The notes below the pieces were generated by a model. That model did no database searches, was not told where the DNA came from, and saw only the letters and a list, made by a program, of their open reading frames with translations. DNA of 45,418 nt. Origin: a virus. Lineage: Duplodnaviria; Caudoviricetes. Shown here piece after piece: positions 42,361-45,418 of the stretch. Both the position numbers and the translations under genes were made by a program. The stretch lies in the IMG/VR virus record IMGVR_UViG_3300020388_000004, positions 1-45,418 of that record. One strand, 5' to 3'. The stretch's first letter is position 1. Every line of letters begins with the position of its first letter.

Positions 42361-44589
42361 CTACTGATCGCCTCTCATTGTGCAATCCTTGTAAGATGGA
42401 GTTCCAGGGTTTATTGTATTAGATGTATCATCCGCAGGCGGTTGATTAGGAAACCCCCAATCCCTAAAGTTACCAGCGTTAATGGGTAAGCCTAGCTTAT
42501 TGGGTAATAACCTGTAATAGCCGTCAGAGTGTACATTCCTAATTCTCCATGTTGTATCTGTTGCGCCTGATGCATCTAACGATACCCCCCTATGTCTAAC
42601 TATATTACTAGTGTCAAAATTAGAAGGTGGAAACTTGTCTGGCTTTATTAATACTTTCAGGCCGTCAATGTAAACATCACCTTCTGTCCTGTTTTTGATG
42701 GCGAACGATGCCTCTGAGCCTGCCCCAAAGTTAGTGCCATCAAGAACGTTAACTAAGGTTAGGTTGTTAATATCAGCCTCTTGTGTTCCTGTGCCATCTA
42801 TTAGAAACGGGATTAGTGAGTTTGTAAGCTCAACATCTGAGAAGCTACCTTTAAACCCTATTCCATGAACACCAACGCCCTCCCCAAAGCAGTTACTAAA
42901 CTTGGCTATCTGAGTGTTAACGTACTCACCCTGACCGTTGTCATTAAATATCTTTCCAACGCCAGCGTAATTATCTTTTTTAAGAAACTTACAGTTGTCG
43001 TATGTTACTTGCGAGTTTGAGCTATTAAAAAGCCAAGGGTACTGCTCTCTACCCACAACTCCAGAGTTAGGGTTATCCGTACCTGCGTCAAAAGTACAGT
43101 TGTCATAATCAACCTCACCCCATGAAGATATTGTTAACTGGTTAACAGCTCTCTTGAAAGTTGTTGAGCTAAACTTTATATTTCTGCATGTCTTTGATGG
43201 GTCGTTAGGTTCAACATCTAAGCACGCTCTAGGATTAATTCCTGAACCAGCAGTACCGCCACCAGAAACCGTACACCCAACATAAACATGATTTTGAGCG
43301 CCAACTAGCGACATTGTATTTCTACCTGAGTGATCTAAAAACAAACCTTCAGCATAAACACCGTTATTCGAGTCTGGATTGACGTTTGAGTACCAGCAAT
43401 CTATAGGTGAGTTTATTGATGAGAAGTTGGACGAAAATACAGTAAGATTATCGCCGTACATGGCAAAGTTATATGCCCTAACCGATCCTATACCTCTAAC
43501 GTCAACATTACCATTAATAGTAAAGTTTATGAGTTTTATGTGTCTCTTTGTGTTTCCGTAGGATGCGAGAACTCCGTATCCATTTTGCACTGGTGATGAA
43601 TCGCAAGATTTAAATATTGACAAATCTCTGCCTTCACCAGTTATTGAAATGTCAAAATCTAGGTCCGGAGAATAAGCGTAAACTCTATATTCACCAGATG
43701 GGATGAATAGCTCACCACCACCAACGCTTTTTATGTAAAGTAAGGCATTATCTCTGCAAATTCCGTCATGAGTCTCTTCTGTGATGACAACCTGACCCCC
43801 GTCGACTGTTTTATTTGTTGCAAGTAAAGTCTGGTCGCCATCACCTTTAGCGCCCCACGCCTTTATGCTGTAGTTTTTGTTCAAGTTTTGTTCTAGCTGC
43901 CTGGTTGCATCTACATCAATGTATTTTCCACCATCGTTAGTTCCAGTTCCTGCAGCAACAACGGTAAAAAACAACACGCCCGAATTACTTGAAGACGAGC
44001 CCCCATGATAGTCGTCAACCGTTACTTTTGTGCCAACTTTTATATTCTGAGAGACGATCCCAGAAATAGCACCACTAACATCATTAAAGCTTATTCTTGA
44101 GTATGACCATAGATAGTCAGATGTTACAGCATTAACCAAAGACCAACCGTTATCAGTAGATGGGTCTGAAGGGATTGTAATTGGGAAAGGCTGTGACTTA
44201 TCAGCTCCGTAAAACTGTCGAGAGTTATCCGGGTATTGGTATGCATTTGTCTTATTGGACTCTTGAAGTTGCTGACCTGCAAAGTCGGAGATATTACCAA
44301 CACCTCGGTACACCAGGCCATTATAATTAAGTCTATCATCTGTTATAGACTTAATAGCATCCAGGATCTGAGGGTTTGTAACGCTATCAGGGCTCCCATT
44401 GGCAGTAATGTCAGCTTCTGCAAGTGCCGACTGCATGAACCCCTGCCAATCATTACCCACTCGCTCATCTAGTGGAGAACCGTCATTAGATAACCCTGGG
44501 TTGGTCTCATTCTTTAGGGATCCGCCAGGGTAATTTTCGTCTGGTGGGTTTGCTCTTGCACCAAATTCATCTACTAATCTAGTTGCCAT
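42361..44589 (-). CDS. Tail spike/fibre with pectate-lyase-like beta-helix (depolymerase)
   Basis: N-terminal baseplate anchor; IKAWGAKGDG..GGGELFIPSGEY; parallel beta-helix repeats. Confidence 0.88.
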   Translation of the reverse strand: MATRLVDEFGARANPPDENYPGGSLKNETNPGLSNDGSPLDERVGNDWQGFMQSALAEADITANGSPDSVTNPQILDAIKSITDDRLNYNGLVYRGVGNISDFAGQQLQESNKTNAYQYPDNSRQFYGADKSQPFPITIPSDPSTDNGWSLVNAVTSDYLWSYSRISFNDVSGAISGIVSQNIKVGTKVTVDDYHGGSSSSNSGVLFFTVVAAGTGTNDGGKYIDVDATRQLEQNLNKNYSIKAWGAKGDGDQTLLATNKTVDGGQVVITEETHDGICRDNALLYIKSVGGGELFIPSGEYRVYAYSPDLDFDISITGEGRDLSIFKSCDSSPVQNGYGVLASYGNTKRHIKLINFTINGNVDVRGIGSVRAYNFAMYGDNLTVFSSNFSSINSPIDCWYSNVNPDSNNGVYAEGLFLDHSGRNTMSLVGAQNHVYVGCTVSGGGTAGSGINPRACLDVEPNDPSKTCRNIKFSSTTFKRAVNQLTISSWGEVDYDNCTFDAGTDNPNSGVVGREQYPWLFNSSNSQVTYDNCKFLKKDNYAGVGKIFNDNGQGEYVNTQIAKFSNCFGEGVGVHGIGFKGSFSDVELTNSLIPFLIDGTGTQEADINNLTLVNVLDGTNFGAGSEASFAIKNRTEGDVYIDGLKVLIKPDKFPPSNFDTSNIVRHRGVSLDASGATDTTWRIRNVHSDGYYRLLPNKLGLPINAGNFRDWGFPNQPPADDTSNTINPGTPSYKDCTMRGDQ

Positions 44590-44591
44590 TA

Positions 44592-45296
44592 TTACTTCCT
44601 ATAACTAATAAATAATTTAGGGGATTCATTCTGCTTAGCTGACCCGCTAGAATCGACGCATATAGTCTTAAAGCTAGTCCTTGTCTTCCCATCCCTAACG
44701 ACTCCAAAAAACTGAACTAGAGAAGGGTCGGTAGTTGATGATACTTCCGATGTTTGAACTAAGTATTCCGCATCTATCATCTCTATACCTAGAGGTATTA
44801 CACAAACGGACACTCCATTAACGTCAGATAAAGGGCCAGAAAATGAAACCTCTACCCTTCCGTCAAAGTATTCAACAACATGATATTCTGTTGTGGTTGT
44901 TGATTTTGCTGGATACTCCCTCCAGTTATCAAGCGTATCTGTTTCTGGGTTTATCGGAGTAGTATCCCTTCCGCTAGGTTTGTTGCAGTAGTATTGCTTT
45001 CCATTGGATGCTCTTACTATAACTCCTACTGAGTAGTTTCCAATTGGAGACCACTTGCTATTAATTAAGGCATCAAAAACTTGACATGCCGTTGCGGTAT
45101 CTTCAGTTCCGTTGGGGGAGTACCCGGCGGAATTCATTAACGCACCACTAAGAGCCATTAGGTCGTTTACCCATGACTTCTCAAAATAACTGCCGTCCTC
45201 AGCCCCTGGTGCAGATCTATTCAAACACTCTCCAGCGGGATGCTCTGCGCTTGGAACTCCCCAATCACCACCGTATTTAGCTCTTTTATTAAGCAT
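44592..45296 (-). CDS. Short tail fibre/adaptor protein
   Basis: Likely start ATG 45296 (MLNKRAK) overlapping the DUF2612 stop; N-terminus paralogous to tail spike; W..Y..G..V...GKQY carbohydrate-binding-like module. Confidence 0.75.
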   Translation of the reverse strand: MLNKRAKYGGDWGVPSAEHPAGECLNRSAPGAEDGSYFEKSWVNDLMALSGALMNSAGYSPNGTEDTATACQVFDALINSKWSPIGNYSVGVIVRASNGKQYYCNKPSGRDTTPINPETDTLDNWREYPAKSTTTTEYHVVEYFDGRVEVSFSGPLSDVNGVSVCVIPLGIEMIDAEYLVQTSEVSSTTDPSLVQFFGVVRDGKTRTSFKTICVDSSGSAKQNESPKLFISYRK

Positions 45297-45341
45297 TTGT
45301 TGCCCCTTTGTATCCAGCAGATTGAGCTGATTTATCACCAA
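45289..45341 (-). CDS. DUF2612-like baseplate protein, 3' end across circular junction
   Basis: Hand translation across the join gives ..SKRFGDKSAQSAGYKGATNA* with TAA at 45289-45291. Confidence 0.8.
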
Positions 45342-45418
45342 ACCGTTTTGATGTATCGTTTGCTCTTGTTAGCTCGAAAATCTCAGCGTATCCAGAATAT
45401 TTCACACCTTGAGGTTCT
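45342..45418. repeat. Terminal direct repeat, copy 2
   Basis: Identical to 1-77. Confidence 0.95.

Noticed and set aside
42361-45296. Diversity-generating retroelement or invertible tail-fibre cassette
   Set aside because: No reverse transcriptase, invertase or TR/VR repeat pair seen
45342-45418. 77-bp terminal repeat as a biological DTR or att site
   Set aside because: Falls mid-CDS and equals a standard assembler k-mer; most likely an assembly overlap

Overview
The window is an apparently complete, circularly assembled tailed dsDNA phage genome. Positions 1-77 are repeated exactly at 45342-45418, giving a unit length of 45,341 bp. It is a small myovirus with a DUF3383 sheath, gpJ and gp138-type baseplate, DUF2184 capsid, DUF2213 protease, DUF1073 portal and a short 366-aa tape measure. 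Gene content resembles marine Vibrio/gammaproteobacterial phages, but the host is inferred, not shown. Morphogenesis genes run on the minus strand (42.3-45.3 kb, then 0-16.4 kb). A ~10 kb accessory block separates the portal from the terminase. A symmetric divergent promoter at ~33.87 kb drives an ERF/YqaJ/SSB/MazG operon leftwards and a replication, nin-like and lysis operon rightwards. No integrase, tRNA or CRISPR array was seen. Main points of interest: (1) the portal carries a C-terminal Acb1-like anti-CBASS 2H phosphodiesterase, with both an internal SD+ATG and a possible prohead-protease site at the junction; (2) a PD-(D/E)XK homing-type endonuclease appears to have split a DNA methyltransferase at its catalytic motif, supplied a replacement N-terminus and created a hybrid promoter; (3) there is an expanded CsrA-like gene behind a palindromic promoter; (4) there are structured RNA leaders, one with an anti-SD loop ahead of an HNH gene; (5) the tail chaperone gene has a -1 frameshift extension missed by the ORF track. 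All family assignments are by motif recognition from memory; no searches were run.
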